A model generated the notes under the pieces. The model was not told the DNA's origin. It did not search any database and was given only the letters and a program-made list of their open reading frames with translations. Below, piece after piece: positions 9,434 to 19,066 of a stretch of 52,942 nt of DNA. The number at the start of each line of letters is the position of its first letter. Within the stretch, counting starts at the first letter, position 1. A program made the translations under genes and the position numbers. Origin of the DNA: Verrucomicrobiota bacterium. GTDB taxonomy: Bacteria > Verrucomicrobiota > Verrucomicrobiia > Limisphaerales > CANJSG01. The stretch is from NCBI GenBank assembly GCA_038209745.1, contig JBBQXJ010000028.1, positions 1 through 52,942 on the forward strand. The letters run 5' to 3'.

Positions 9434-10228
9434 ATGAAGATTAACAAAGTAATTGGAAATAGCCTCCTCTCGGTCGGGGCTGCGATGGCGCTCTCTCAGG
9501 GAGCTTCCGCAGCCGCAGTTATCAACATCCCCGTGACCTATCGCGACTTCACTCCCACGAGTGATGCGAACTTGGCCGGTGTGTTTCAAGGGACAATCAT
9601 CGGAAATAAGACTGGCCTCGCCAGTTCCACGATCATTCCTGGCGGAACCCCGACTGCGGGCCCGAACTGGTCGACCTACTATCCCGGGACAACCTTCACC
9701 GACCTCTACTCCAACGGAGCCGGACGGATCGCCATCGCCGGCAGCCTGCCGTTTACCGAGACCGCCCCGGCGTCTGGTATCTACACCTACATCAACTCCA
9801 GCTTTTTCCCGATCGATGGGATGGGCTTCGGAAACTATGCCAGCTCAGGTCATAACTTCCATTTCACCACGGAATTGCACACGGCCTTTACCTATGTGCC
9901 CACACAGACCTTCGCGTTCACCGGGGACGACGATATCTGGGTCTACATCAACGGCCAGTTGGTCATTGACTTGGGCGGGGTTCACGGAGCTTCCTCGGGT
10001 TCCATAGCGCTCAACACGTTGGGGCTCACCCCGGGCAACAACTATGCGTTCGATCTGTTCTTCAACGAACGCCACACCACCCAGTCCAACTTCAAGGCGA
10101 CGACTTCGATCGCCTTCCGTCCGCCGCCGCCGCCGGTCCCCGAAGTTTCGACCGCGGTGTCTGCCGCTGGTTTCGCCCTCCTCGGCGGAATGTTCCTGCT
10201 GCGCTCCCGCAAGGTTGCTCAAGTTTAA
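9434..10228 (+). CDS. Fibro-slime (PA14-like) domain protein with PEP-CTERM-like sorting tail
   Basis: Signal peptide; [50 protein letters not shown]-terminal [11 protein letters not shown] + TM helix + RSRK. Confidence 0.9.
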   Translation: MKINKVIGNSLLSVGAAMALSQGASAAAVINIPVTYRDFTPTSDANLAGVFQGTIIGNKTGLASSTIIPGGTPTAGPNWSTYYPGTTFTDLYSNGAGRIAIAGSLPFTETAPASGIYTYINSSFFPIDGMGFGNYASSGHNFHFTTELHTAFTYVPTQTFAFTGDDDIWVYINGQLVIDLGGVHGASSGSIALNTLGLTPGNNYAFDLFFNERHTTQSNFKATTSIAFRPPPPPVPEVSTAVSAAGFALLGGMFLLRSRKVAQV

Positions 10229-10250
10229 TCGGGATCCGATTCGAATTCGC

Positions 10251-10284
10251 GAAAAACCCGCCACCTCACGGTGGCGGGTTTTTC
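10251..10284. terminator. Bidirectional rho-independent terminator
   Basis: GAAAAACCCGCCACC-TCAC-GGTGGCGGGTTTTTC perfect 15-bp inverted repeat between convergent genes. Confidence 0.9.
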
Positions 10285-10304
10285 ATTGTCCAACCGCGCG
10301 AACA

Positions 10305-11486
10305 TCAGGCCCTGACCCGATCAAGAAATCTTCCCAAACGGTCGACGGCGGTCTGGATCTGGTCGAAAGCGGTCGCATAGCAGCAGCGGAGAAACCCTTC
10401 GCCGCTCGGACCGAAAGCCGTCCCTGGCACCGCAGCCACCCGTTCCTCCTGGAGAAAACGAAGGGCAAATTCCTTGGAAGATAGTCCGGAAGATCGAATG
10501 CACGGGAAGGCATAGAATGCTCCGCGGGGCAGATGACAATCCAAGCCCAGTTCGTTGAACGACTTCACGATGAAGTTCCGGCGCCGCCCGTATTCTTCCC
10601 GCATCCGGTCCGTGTCCGGTTCGCCATGTTTGATCGCTTCCAGGGCCGCTTCCTGGCTGATGATCGAGGCGCAGAGCATCGAATACTGGTGGATCTTCAT
10701 CATCGCATCGATGATCTCGACGGGGCCACAAGCATAGCCAATACGGAATCCGGTCATCGCGTAGGCCTTGCTGAAGCCATGGAGGAAGAGGGTTCTCTCC
10801 ACCATTCCCGGCAATGAGGCGATCGAGACATGTTCTCCTTCATAGGTGAGTTCGCTGTAGATCTCGTCGGTGATCACGAGCAGATTGTGGCGCTTGACCA
10901 CTTCCGCGATCTTCATCAGCTCAGCCCGGGTCATCGTGCCGCCGGTCGGATTTGTCGGGAAATTCAGCATGACCGCCTTGGTTCTGGGCGTCACGGCCGC
11001 CTCGATCGCTTCGGCGGTGACCGCGAATTGGTCTTCCGCCTTGCACGAGATTGCCACCGGCACGCCGAAAGCCAGCACGATGCTTGGGGAGTAGCTCACG
11101 TAGCAGGGCTCATGGTAGATGATCTCGTCTCCGGGATTGATGATCGCGCGCAGTGCCAAGTCCATGGCCTCGCTGACCCCGACGGCGATGAGAATCTGTG
11201 ATTTGGGGCTATAGCTGATGTTGAAGCGCGTCTCGATATGCTTGGCCAAGGCTTCTCGCAGCGACAGAAGGCCAAGGTTGGAAGTGTAGGACGTGCGACC
11301 CCGCTCCAATGCGTAGATGGCGGCCTCGCGGATGTGCCAAGGCGTCGCGAAGTCGGGTTCGCCCACTCCTAGCGAAATCACGTCCTTCATCCCCTGGACG
11401 ATGTCGAAAAAGTCTCGGATTCCGGAACGGGGAATGTTCCGGACATGCGAGGCCACAAAACGTTCTGGCTGCCAAATCTGACCCAT
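10305..11486 (-). CDS. PLP-dependent aminotransferase class I/II
   Basis: ATG 11486, SGIRDFFD, SLGVGEPDF, NFPTNPTG, DEIYSE, GFSKAYAMTGFRIGY. Confidence 0.95.
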   Translation of the reverse strand: MGQIWQPERFVASHVRNIPRSGIRDFFDIVQGMKDVISLGVGEPDFATPWHIREAAIYALERGRTSYTSNLGLLSLREALAKHIETRFNISYSPKSQILIAVGVSEAMDLALRAIINPGDEIIYHEPCYVSYSPSIVLAFGVPVAISCKAEDQFAVTAEAIEAAVTPRTKAVMLNFPTNPTGGTMTRAELMKIAEVVKRHNLLVITDEIYSELTYEGEHVSIASLPGMVERTLFLHGFSKAYAMTGFRIGYACGPVEIIDAMMKIHQYSMLCASIISQEAALEAIKHGEPDTDRMREEYGRRRNFIVKSFNELGLDCHLPRGAFYAFPCIRSSGLSSKEFALRFLQEERVAAVPGTAFGPSGEGFLRCCYATAFDQIQTAVDRLGRFLDRVRA

Positions 11487-11747
11487 AGGTCCAAGGAAGG
11501 GACGGCAAAGCGGGCAACCGGAAAAGGAAAATCTGAGCCTTCGCGCCAGATGATGTTCTTCAGTCCGGATTCTCGACCCGCATCTCCTCTTGGATCTCCC
11601 AATCCGCCTCTCTAAAAGCGCGAGGGGAGAATCTATCTGAATTGCCGACAGGAGAAGACCCGCAGAATCCTCTTCCATGCGGCAAAGGAAAAGGCCGGCC
11701 GCACAAGCATGCGACCGGCCCCTGGTTGTGGAGGTCCTTCGGAGTGC

Positions 11748-14700
11748 CTATTTGAGGGTCGACAAGTATTCCACGATGTTCCGGAGATCCCTTTTGCTGA
11801 TCAGGTCGGGAAGCCCCTCCAGCATTCCGGAAGGTCCTTTGATGCGCTCTTTAATGTCGGCTTTCTTGACCTTCACCGGCCCGTCTTCGGGTGAGTTGAT
11901 CTCCAGCTCGGCGTCCGTCTCACCCTTGAGCATGCCCGCCACTTCGTTTCCATTCTTGAGGGTGACGATCACGGACTCGTAGCCCTTCGCGATGTCCTTG
12001 TTCGGATGCACGACGGAGTCCAGCAGGTATTCCCGGTTCTTGACTGCGGCGATCTTGCCGAGATCCGGTCCGATCTCTCCACCTTCGCCGTTCACCTTGT
12101 GACAACGCACACAGGACGCTTCGGGCTTCTCGAAGAACACCTTCTTGCCCTCCTCCGCGTTGCCACCAAGAAAGGCCCAACGGAACTTCGCCAAGTCGTC
12201 GCTCGCCGGCAATGACGCCTGATAAGCAGCCACCTTGACCTTCAATTCGGGCGTCAAGTCGGCCGCCTCCATGACCTCCAGCATCAGCTCCTTGCCCAAT
12301 GAGCCATCCACCAGTTTGTCGACCCAATGGCCGAGGATCGCGGCGGCCTTGGCGCTCTTCAACTGGCCCAGCGCGGTCAAAGCCGCCTGCTGCTCGCCGA
12401 TCGAGCCCTTTTCCAACGTGGCGACCAGACGCACCGTTGGATCCCCTTTGCCTGAAGCGGCCTCAAGACGGGTCGCGGCCTTGCGCAACGGTTCTTCCGG
12501 AGCGGCGGCGGCCGTCTGCAATGCCTGGGGAAGAAACGAATCGTTCAACGACGCCAGCGCGTCCAGCGCAGCGACCCGGGCGTCCACAAACGCCGTCTTG
12601 CTCTGGACCAATGCCAGCAGGGCCGGCCCCGCTTCCGCGATCCGCAGCGAGTTCGCGGCCTGGGCGGCGGCGGCCTGCACGGGTCCCGGAGATTCCAGGA
12701 GAATCGCGTTCAACACCGGCCTCAACGCGGCCGCCGCCGTGCTGGCGTCGCGGGAACCTTCGATCGGACGCCAGAGTCCCGTGACATGGTCGCGCCCCCC
12801 CGGTTGGCCCCAGTCAGCCAGATTCTGGAGCGCCTCGACCCGGGTGTCTCCGTTGGCTTTTTCGTTGGCCGCATACTCGGCCACGGCCATTGCATTGGCT
12901 GCGGCCCCAACCCGGAAGTTGGCGTTGAGCAATCGGCGGGTGAGCGGCTTTTCGTCGGCCGCAACGTTCAGCATCCGCGCCATGAAAGGCATGGCCGACG
13001 AGACGGTCTCGTCGTTGATCGCCCGGACCGCTTCCAGTCGGATGTTCGCGTCGCCGTCGCCGAGGAACTGGATCAACTCGTCGCTGTGCTGCCGGCGCAG
13101 GGCGATGAGCGCCGCCATCCTCAAGGAAACCGACTCGTCCTTCGCCAAGGAGATCAACTGGTTGCCGGAAGTGATCCCGAGCAACGCCATCACACCGGCG
13201 TGCCGCAGATAGGCGTCCTTGTCGGCATTCGCCCGGATCATCGACTTGACGGGCTCCAGCGCGGCGGCGGTGCCCAGCTTGCCGAGAGCGATCGCCGCCT
13301 GGAACTGGGCCCGGGGTGCACTCGGGTCGCCCAGCAGCGCGATCAACGCCTCGGCCGACGGCTTGTAGCGCGCATCGCCCATCATCTTCGCCGTCTGGGC
13401 CCGGATCTCCGGGTCCGAATCCTTCAACAAAGGGTCCAGCCCCACCATGACGGCGGGATTCTTCCGTCCAAGCATCCCGACGCCCCAAATGCCATGGATG
13501 CGGGCAAGCGGGTTCGCGTTCGTGCGCGCGGCGGTGACGAGCGGCCACATCGCGTTGCGGTTCACCAGCTCGAACTGAGCCTCCTGCCGGACGCGCTGAT
13601 CCGCATGGGCCAACAGGGAAAGCAGATCCGGGGTGGCTCGCTCCTTCATGCCATCGCCGATGATCTGCTTGGTTTGCTGCACCAGCGAATGGTCCGTGGC
13701 GGCGGTGTCGGTCAGACGATAGATGCGGCCCTTGCCGTTCTTGTTCCAGCCCCGGACCCAGTCGCTCGCGTAAAGATTCCCATCCGGCCCCTGCTCGATG
13801 TCCGTCACTTCGAAGCCCGTCACCAACTGCGTGTCGTTCGTGACGGAGAAGCTGGCCCCGTTCTGCTTCATCTGGATCGTGTGGACCAGGCTGCTCTGGC
13901 TGCCCCGGAAATCGGACAGGAAGAACGCGCCATTGTAGCGGGATGAAAGACCCACGCCGCTGTAGTGCATCAACCCGGACGGACCGGCGGCGACGTTGGC
14001 GATCGGGGGCAGGTGCCAGAAACCCGTCGTGTCGGGACGGCAGAACTTCTCGGCGATCCAAGGGCCTCGGCTGCTTGGCCGCTCGATGAACTGCCAGCCC
14101 ACGCGCCAACCGGAGTCGCCGCCGTCCACCACCTGCACCCAACGGGCCGGATCACCGCCGTCCGAATTGTTGTCCCCGGTGAAGAGATCGCCCAGATCGT
14201 CAAAGGCGAGGCTCTGCGGATTCCGGAGACCGCGATGCACCACCTCGAAATCCGACCCGTCGAGGTTGCAGCGCATCACCGCGCCGCATTCGGGCTCCGT
14301 GATCACGCGTTCGTCCTGTTTCACGCTGAAGCCGCGGTCGCCGATGGAGAAATACAGCTTCCCGTCGGGCCCGATCCGCAGCCCGTGCAGGTCGTGGCCG
14401 AGAAACGCGATGCGGACGCCATACCCGTAGCTCAGCACCTCCTTGTTGTCGGCGATGCCGTCGCCGTTCTTGTCCTCCAGTTTGTAGAGCCCGGGAATGC
14501 AGGTGTAGAAGACGTCGCCGTTGTGCCACAGCACCCCCGCGCCGATTCCATCGAGATAGTTGTTGTAGCCCTCGGAAAAGACCGTCGCCGTATCGACCTT
14601 CCCGTCTCCGTCCGCATCCCAGATCAACTTGATCCTCTCCGATGCCTTCGAGAACTGCACCAGCTTGTCCTCGTAGTGGTCGTGCATGAACTTGATCCTG

Positions 14701-15068
14701 TCGTCGAGCGTCTTGGCCGCCAGTTCCTCGTCCAGCCATGGCATGTGGCCCCGGATGTCCAGCACGCCCGCCTCGTCGCCGTGGCGGAAGGTCTCCGCCA
14801 CATAGAAGCGACCCTTGTTGTCGATGCTGAAGGCGACCGGGTTGGCAAGAAACGGCTCGGCGGCAAAAAGATCGATCTTGAACCCCGGCGCGGCCGTGAA
14901 TCCCTTGATGGCTCGTTCGCCCTCATCCGAAGCAGGAGCGATCTCGGGCTGGAAGCCGCCGCTGGACTGGCCCAACTCGTGGCCGGCGCCCATGGCTCCC
15001 AGAGTGGAACCTGCCAGCACGCTGGCGATCATCGCGGCTCGGACGGACGGAGAGAAAAAATAGAGCAT
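11748..15068 (-). CDS. PVC-type membrane-bound dehydrogenase-like beta-propeller / HEAT-repeat / c-type heme protein
   Basis: Signal peptide; FAAEP..NPVA, D.DGDG repeats, GLRNP, HEAT-like repeats, CVRCH heme motif with GGEIGPDL. Confidence 0.9.
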   Translation of the reverse strand: MLYFFSPSVRAAMIASVLAGSTLGAMGAGHELGQSSGGFQPEIAPASDEGERAIKGFTAAPGFKIDLFAAEPFLANPVAFSIDNKGRFYVAETFRHGDEAGVLDIRGHMPWLDEELAAKTLDDRIKFMHDHYEDKLVQFSKASERIKLIWDADGDGKVDTATVFSEGYNNYLDGIGAGVLWHNGDVFYTCIPGLYKLEDKNGDGIADNKEVLSYGYGVRIAFLGHDLHGLRIGPDGKLYFSIGDRGFSVKQDERVITEPECGAVMRCNLDGSDFEVVHRGLRNPQSLAFDDLGDLFTGDNNSDGGDPARWVQVVDGGDSGWRVGWQFIERPSSRGPWIAEKFCRPDTTGFWHLPPIANVAAGPSGLMHYSGVGLSSRYNGAFFLSDFRGSQSSLVHTIQMKQNGASFSVTNDTQLVTGFEVTDIEQGPDGNLYASDWVRGWNKNGKGRIYRLTDTAATDHSLVQQTKQIIGDGMKERATPDLLSLLAHADQRVRQEAQFELVNRNAMWPLVTAARTNANPLARIHGIWGVGMLGRKNPAVMVGLDPLLKDSDPEIRAQTAKMMGDARYKPSAEALIALLGDPSAPRAQFQAAIALGKLGTAAALEPVKSMIRANADKDAYLRHAGVMALLGITSGNQLISLAKDESVSLRMAALIALRRQHSDELIQFLGDGDANIRLEAVRAINDETVSSAMPFMARMLNVAADEKPLTRRLLNANFRVGAAANAMAVAEYAANEKANGDTRVEALQNLADWGQPGGRDHVTGLWRPIEGSRDASTAAAALRPVLNAILLESPGPVQAAAAQAANSLRIAEAGPALLALVQSKTAFVDARVAALDALASLNDSFLPQALQTAAAAPEEPLRKAATRLEAASGKGDPTVRLVATLEKGSIGEQQAALTALGQLKSAKAAAILGHWVDKLVDGSLGKELMLEVMEAADLTPELKVKVAAYQASLPASDDLAKFRWAFLGGNAEEGKKVFFEKPEASCVRCHKVNGEGGEIGPDLGKIAAVKNREYLLDSVVHPNKDIAKGYESVIVTLKNGNEVAGMLKGETDAELEINSPEDGPVKVKKADIKERIKGPSGMLEGLPDLISKRDLRNIVEYLSTLK

Positions 15069-15074
15069 GGGGAA

Positions 15075-15102
15075 AAGCTACGTAGACGGAGGCTTCGAGC
15101 AA
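15075..15102 (-). promoter_or_regulatory. Putative sigma70 promoter, leaderless geometry
   Basis: Minus strand TTGCTC-16-TAGCTT-6-ATG(15068). Confidence 0.5.
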
Positions 15103-15516
15103 GGTCTGGTTGCAAGGTTTTCAACGGATTCATGTGACAGGCTCCTGATTTCATCCATTCAAAACCCCGGCGAAAAGGCTCCCGAACCGGCTCCGATTCC
15201 TCAGACCTCACCCCCCGTCGCCCCGAAGCGCAATCCCCGCATCAAGCTCTTCAGTTCCGCCGACCGGCATCCGAGCCGCCGCCCGTTCCAGACTGATTTT
15301 CAGCGGTTCAACGCGGCAGATTGGTCTGGAATCGCCCCGATTGTCCCAAACGTCGGGCTCGACGCCCGCCGAAATTGCTTCGCAAATTCAATCGGCGAGG
15401 AGGCACTATCAGGCAACCGTTCCAGAAGTGTTCGCCGATCAATAGACGACAGCGATGACCCACCATTCCTTGATCGCAATCCACCCGATTTCGGAAGCCT
15501 TTTCCGCCCTCCATCC

Positions 15517-18500
15517 ATGAACCCCGCGTCTCACTCATCCGAAGAGCTCCATCGACTGGCGGAGCTGCAGAGATACCAGCCCCTCGAATCGGAGTCGGAT
15601 CTCCCGCTCGAAGATTTGGCCTCGCTGGCCGCCCAGATCTGTGGAGCTCCCATTGCCTTCATCACTCTTATTGGTAAAGACCGGCTGAGGTTTCAGACCT
15701 CGATCGGTCTTTTCATCAAAGAAGCGCCGCGTGATGGATCGTTTTGCGACCAGGCCATTCTTTACAAGGACCTGTTCATCGTGCCGGACGCGACAGCGGA
15801 TAAACGCTTCGCCGCGAACCCGTTGGTCGCCGGCGAAGAAGGCGTCCGTTTTTTCGCCGGTTGCCCGCTCCGGACCTCCGACGGCATCGCACTGGGCATC
15901 CTCTCCGTCCTGGATCGAGTTCCCCGGCAGTTGACCGAGCCGCAACAGGAAGGTTTGCGCAAGCTGGGTCGACAGGTGATGTCGCAATTGAACCACCGCC
16001 GGCAAGCACGTGAACTCACCGCCAGCGAGGAACGACTGCGCATCGTGACTGAAAACGCCCGAGTGGGCCTCGTCGTCCTCGACGCGGATCGACGCTATGT
16101 CTACGTCAACAAGACCCATGCCGAGATTTTCGGCCGTTCCCCCGCCTCCATCGTCGGCCGGCACGCGGCGGACGTGCATTCGGAGATCTACGAAGACCAG
16201 ATCCGGCCGCATCTGGACCGCGCCTTCGCGGGAGAAGGGGACACCTACGAAATCCACACGACGGTCACCGACATCGATCGAGACTTCAGGGTCATCCTGG
16301 AGCCCATGCGGATCGACGGTGCGGTGGCCTACGTCGTCGCGGTGGTCACCGATATTTCCGAAGCCAAAGCCACCGAAGCCGCCCGCGTTCAGGAGAATAA
16401 AACGCTGCAACTGATCCTCGACTCCGTGCCCGCGATGATCTTCTTCAAGGACCGCGAGGGTCGCTTTCTGCGGGTCAACCGCCGGAACGCGGAGCTCAAT
16501 GGCAAGACTCCGGAGGAGTTCGTCGGCAAGACCGACACCGAAATGGGATTCCCCGGAAGCGCGGGCTACCGCGAAGACGACCTGAAGGTGATGAACTCCG
16601 GAGAGGCGATCCATCACATCAAGGAACAGATTCACACCGTCGACGGAGTCCGCTGGATCCTCACCGACAAAGTCCCCTGCCGCGATGAATCCGGTCGAAT
16701 CACCGGCCTGATCGGCTTTTCAGTGGACATCACCGAGCGAAAGCAAGCGAAGGAGGAACTGGCCGAGGCGGCACACTTCGCCCTTTCGATCATCAACGCC
16801 CTCACCGCCCAGATCTGCGTCTTGGATGAGAATGGCACCATCCTCGCGACCAACGAGGCTTGGCGGAAATTTGGCCAGGGATTCGCCGCGATAGGCCCGC
16901 CGACCAGCCAACCGGCCAACTACCTGCACGTTTGCGAAGGGGCGACCGGACCAGACTCGACAGAAGCATCCTCCTTTGCCGCGGGTATCCGCGGGGTCCT
17001 CAACGGCGAGACTCCCTCCTTCAGCCTGGAATACCCCTGCCATTCTCCGACCGAACAGCGCTGGTTCGTCGGCAGCGTCGTCCGCTTTTCGGGCGAGGGT
17101 CCGGTGCGCCTCGTGATCGCGCATGCCGACATCACCGTGAGAAAGCTGGCGGAGCTGGCGGCCGAGCGATTGGCCGACATCGTCAAATTCTCGGAGGATG
17201 CGATCATCGGCAAGGATCTGTTCGGGGTGGTGACCAGTTGGAACCGGGGTGCGGAAAAGATCTTCGGCTACTCCGCCGCCGAAATGGTGGGAACTTCGAT
17301 CACACGATTGATCCCCGAAGCCAGGCTGCCCGAGGAAACCCTCATTCTCGATAGAATCCGTGCCGGTAAGAGCGTGGAGCACTTCGAAACCAAGCGCCTC
17401 ACCAAGGACGGTCGCCTCATCGAAGTGTCGGTCACCGCGTCGCCGATCAGCGACGCCCAAGGACGGATCATCGGCGCCTCGAAAGTCGCGCGCGACATCA
17501 CGGCCCGAAAGGCGGTCGAAAATGCCCTGCACGAAACCAAGGAGCGCTTTCGTGAGCTGGCGGAGAACATCGAGGAAGTCTTCTGGATGACCGATCAGTC
17601 CAAGAACGAGATCCTCTATATCAGCCCCGCTTTTGAGAAGGTCTGGGGCCGCACCTGTGCGAGCCTCTACTCCGCTCCGCGGGAATGGCTCGATGCGATC
17701 CACCCCGAAGACCGGGAGCGGATCATCCTCGCGGCCGAGACCAAACAGGCAAACGGCACCTACGACGAAACCTACCGGATCCTCCGGCCCGACGGCTCCG
17801 AACGCTGGATCCGGGACCGCGCCTTTCCCATCCACGATGAGGCCGGGCGCATCCGGCGCAGTGTCGGCACCGCCACCGACATCAGCGAGACGCGGCAGCT
17901 CGAACATCAGTTCCGCCAATCTCAGAAGATGGAGGCCATCGGCCAGCTTGCCGGCGGCGTCGCGCACGACTTCAACAACATCCTCGCCGCGATGATGATG
18001 CAGGCGGACCTGGCTTCCTTCACCGAAGGCCTGCCGGCCGAAGCCCGGGAACTGCTCGAAGAGATCAAGGAATCCGCCGGGCGCGCCGCGAACCTGACCC
18101 GCCAGCTGCTGGCCTTCAGCCGTCGCCAGGTCATACAGGCGCGCGACATCGACCTGAACGACGTCGTCACCAGCCTGGCCAAGATGCTGCAGCGCACCCT
18201 CGGTGAAGACGTGCACCTCCAGCTCAACCTTCACCCCCGCCCCGTCGTGACCCGGGCCGATCCCGGAATGCTCGATCAAGTCCTGCTCAATCTCGTGGTC
18301 AACGCCCGCGACGCCATGCCCAGCGGCGGCAGCCTCTTCATCGAGACTTCGGAACGCACCCTGACCCGCGAGGAAGCCGCCGAAATTCCTGAATCCTCCC
18401 CCGGCCGCCATGTCTGCCTCTCCGTCACCGACACCGGCGGCGGGATCGACCCGAAGATCGCTTCCCGCATCTTCGAGCCGTTTTTCACGACCAAGGAACC

Positions 18501-19050
18501 CGGCAAAGGCACGGGCCTCGGCCTCGCCACCGTCTTCGGCATCGTCCGGCAGCATGGCGGATCCGTGACCATGAAAAGCACCCCGGGGGCAGGAGCGACT
18601 TTCCAGATCCTTCTCCCGGCCAAGGAAGGTTCCGTCGAATCGCAGCAGGTCCCCGTCCTTCCGCCCAAACTGGTCGGCGGCTCGGAAACCATCCTCCTGG
18701 TCGAAGACGATCCTTCGGTCCGTATCCTCACCCGGGTGATCCTGGAGCGATCCGGCTACCGGGTCGTGGAGGCGTCGGACGGAAAAGAAGCTCTCCGGGT
18801 CTGGACCCTGGAAAAGGACTCCATCGACCTGCTCCTGACCGACATCGTCATGCCCGGCGGCATGAGCGGACGCGAGCTGGCGACCCGCTTGCGCGAACAA
18901 AACCCCAATCTCCGGATCATCTACACCAGCGGCTACAGCGCCGAGATCGCCGGCCGGGAACTCACCCTCCAGATCGGACAGAACTTCATCCAGAAACCCG
19001 TCCGCCCCAACCAGCTCCTCGAAGTGCTCCGCCGGAGCCTCGACGCTTGA
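15517..19050 (+). CDS. Soluble hybrid sensor histidine kinase: GAF + 5 PAS + HisKA/HATPase + receiver
   Basis: GAF (PDATADKRFAANPLV..VRFFAGCPL), five PAS/PAC repeats ending DIT/DIS, GGVAHDFNN, NARDAM, FFTTKEPGKGTGLGL, LLLTDIVMPG; no TM segment. Start chosen at ATG 15517. Confidence 0.93.
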   Translation: MNPASHSSEELHRLAELQRYQPLESESDLPLEDLASLAAQICGAPIAFITLIGKDRLRFQTSIGLFIKEAPRDGSFCDQAILYKDLFIVPDATADKRFAANPLVAGEEGVRFFAGCPLRTSDGIALGILSVLDRVPRQLTEPQQEGLRKLGRQVMSQLNHRRQARELTASEERLRIVTENARVGLVVLDADRRYVYVNKTHAEIFGRSPASIVGRHAADVHSEIYEDQIRPHLDRAFAGEGDTYEIHTTVTDIDRDFRVILEPMRIDGAVAYVVAVVTDISEAKATEAARVQENKTLQLILDSVPAMIFFKDREGRFLRVNRRNAELNGKTPEEFVGKTDTEMGFPGSAGYREDDLKVMNSGEAIHHIKEQIHTVDGVRWILTDKVPCRDESGRITGLIGFSVDITERKQAKEELAEAAHFALSIINALTAQICVLDENGTILATNEAWRKFGQGFAAIGPPTSQPANYLHVCEGATGPDSTEASSFAAGIRGVLNGETPSFSLEYPCHSPTEQRWFVGSVVRFSGEGPVRLVIAHADITVRKLAELAAERLADIVKFSEDAIIGKDLFGVVTSWNRGAEKIFGYSAAEMVGTSITRLIPEARLPEETLILDRIRAGKSVEHFETKRLTKDGRLIEVSVTASPISDAQGRIIGASKVARDITARKAVENALHETKERFRELAENIEEVFWMTDQSKNEILYISPAFEKVWGRTCASLYSAPREWLDAIHPEDRERIILAAETKQANGTYDETYRILRPDGSERWIRDRAFPIHDEAGRIRRSVGTATDISETRQLEHQFRQSQKMEAIGQLAGGVAHDFNNILAAMMMQADLASFTEGLPAEARELLEEIKESAGRAANLTRQLLAFSRRQVIQARDIDLNDVVTSLAKMLQRTLGEDVHLQLNLHPRPVVTRADPGMLDQVLLNLVVNARDAMPSGGSLFIETSERTLTREEAAEIPESSPGRHVCLSVTDTGGGIDPKIASRIFEPFFTTKEPGKGTGLGLATVFGIVRQHGGSVTMKSTPGAGATFQILLPAKEGSVESQQVPVLPPKLVGGSETILLVEDDPSVRILTRVILERSGYRVVEASDGKEALRVWTLEKDSIDLLLTDIVMPGGMSGRELATRLREQNPNLRIIYTSGYSAEIAGRELTLQIGQNFIQKPVRPNQLLEVLRRSLDA

Positions 19051-19066
19051 AGAGCCCCTCAGCCGC

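Noticed and set aside
11487..11747. Possible leader RNA upstream of the aminotransferase
   Set aside because: Contains an imperfect terminator-like hairpin (about 11690-11720) and purine/pyrimidine tracts, but no T-box, SAM or lysine riboswitch signature.
15067..15516. 150-aa N-terminal extension of the histidine kinase
   Set aside because: No domain-like content, and it spans the divergent promoter region; GAF similarity starts right after ATG 15517.
16720..18900. 726-aa antisense ORF and similar long shadow ORFs (e.g. 3076-4350, 24336-26078, 26683-29166, 27468-30179, 35510-37261, 49613-51415)
   Set aside because: Expected in high-GC DNA with strong codon bias; they overlap well-supported genes and have no recognisable motifs.
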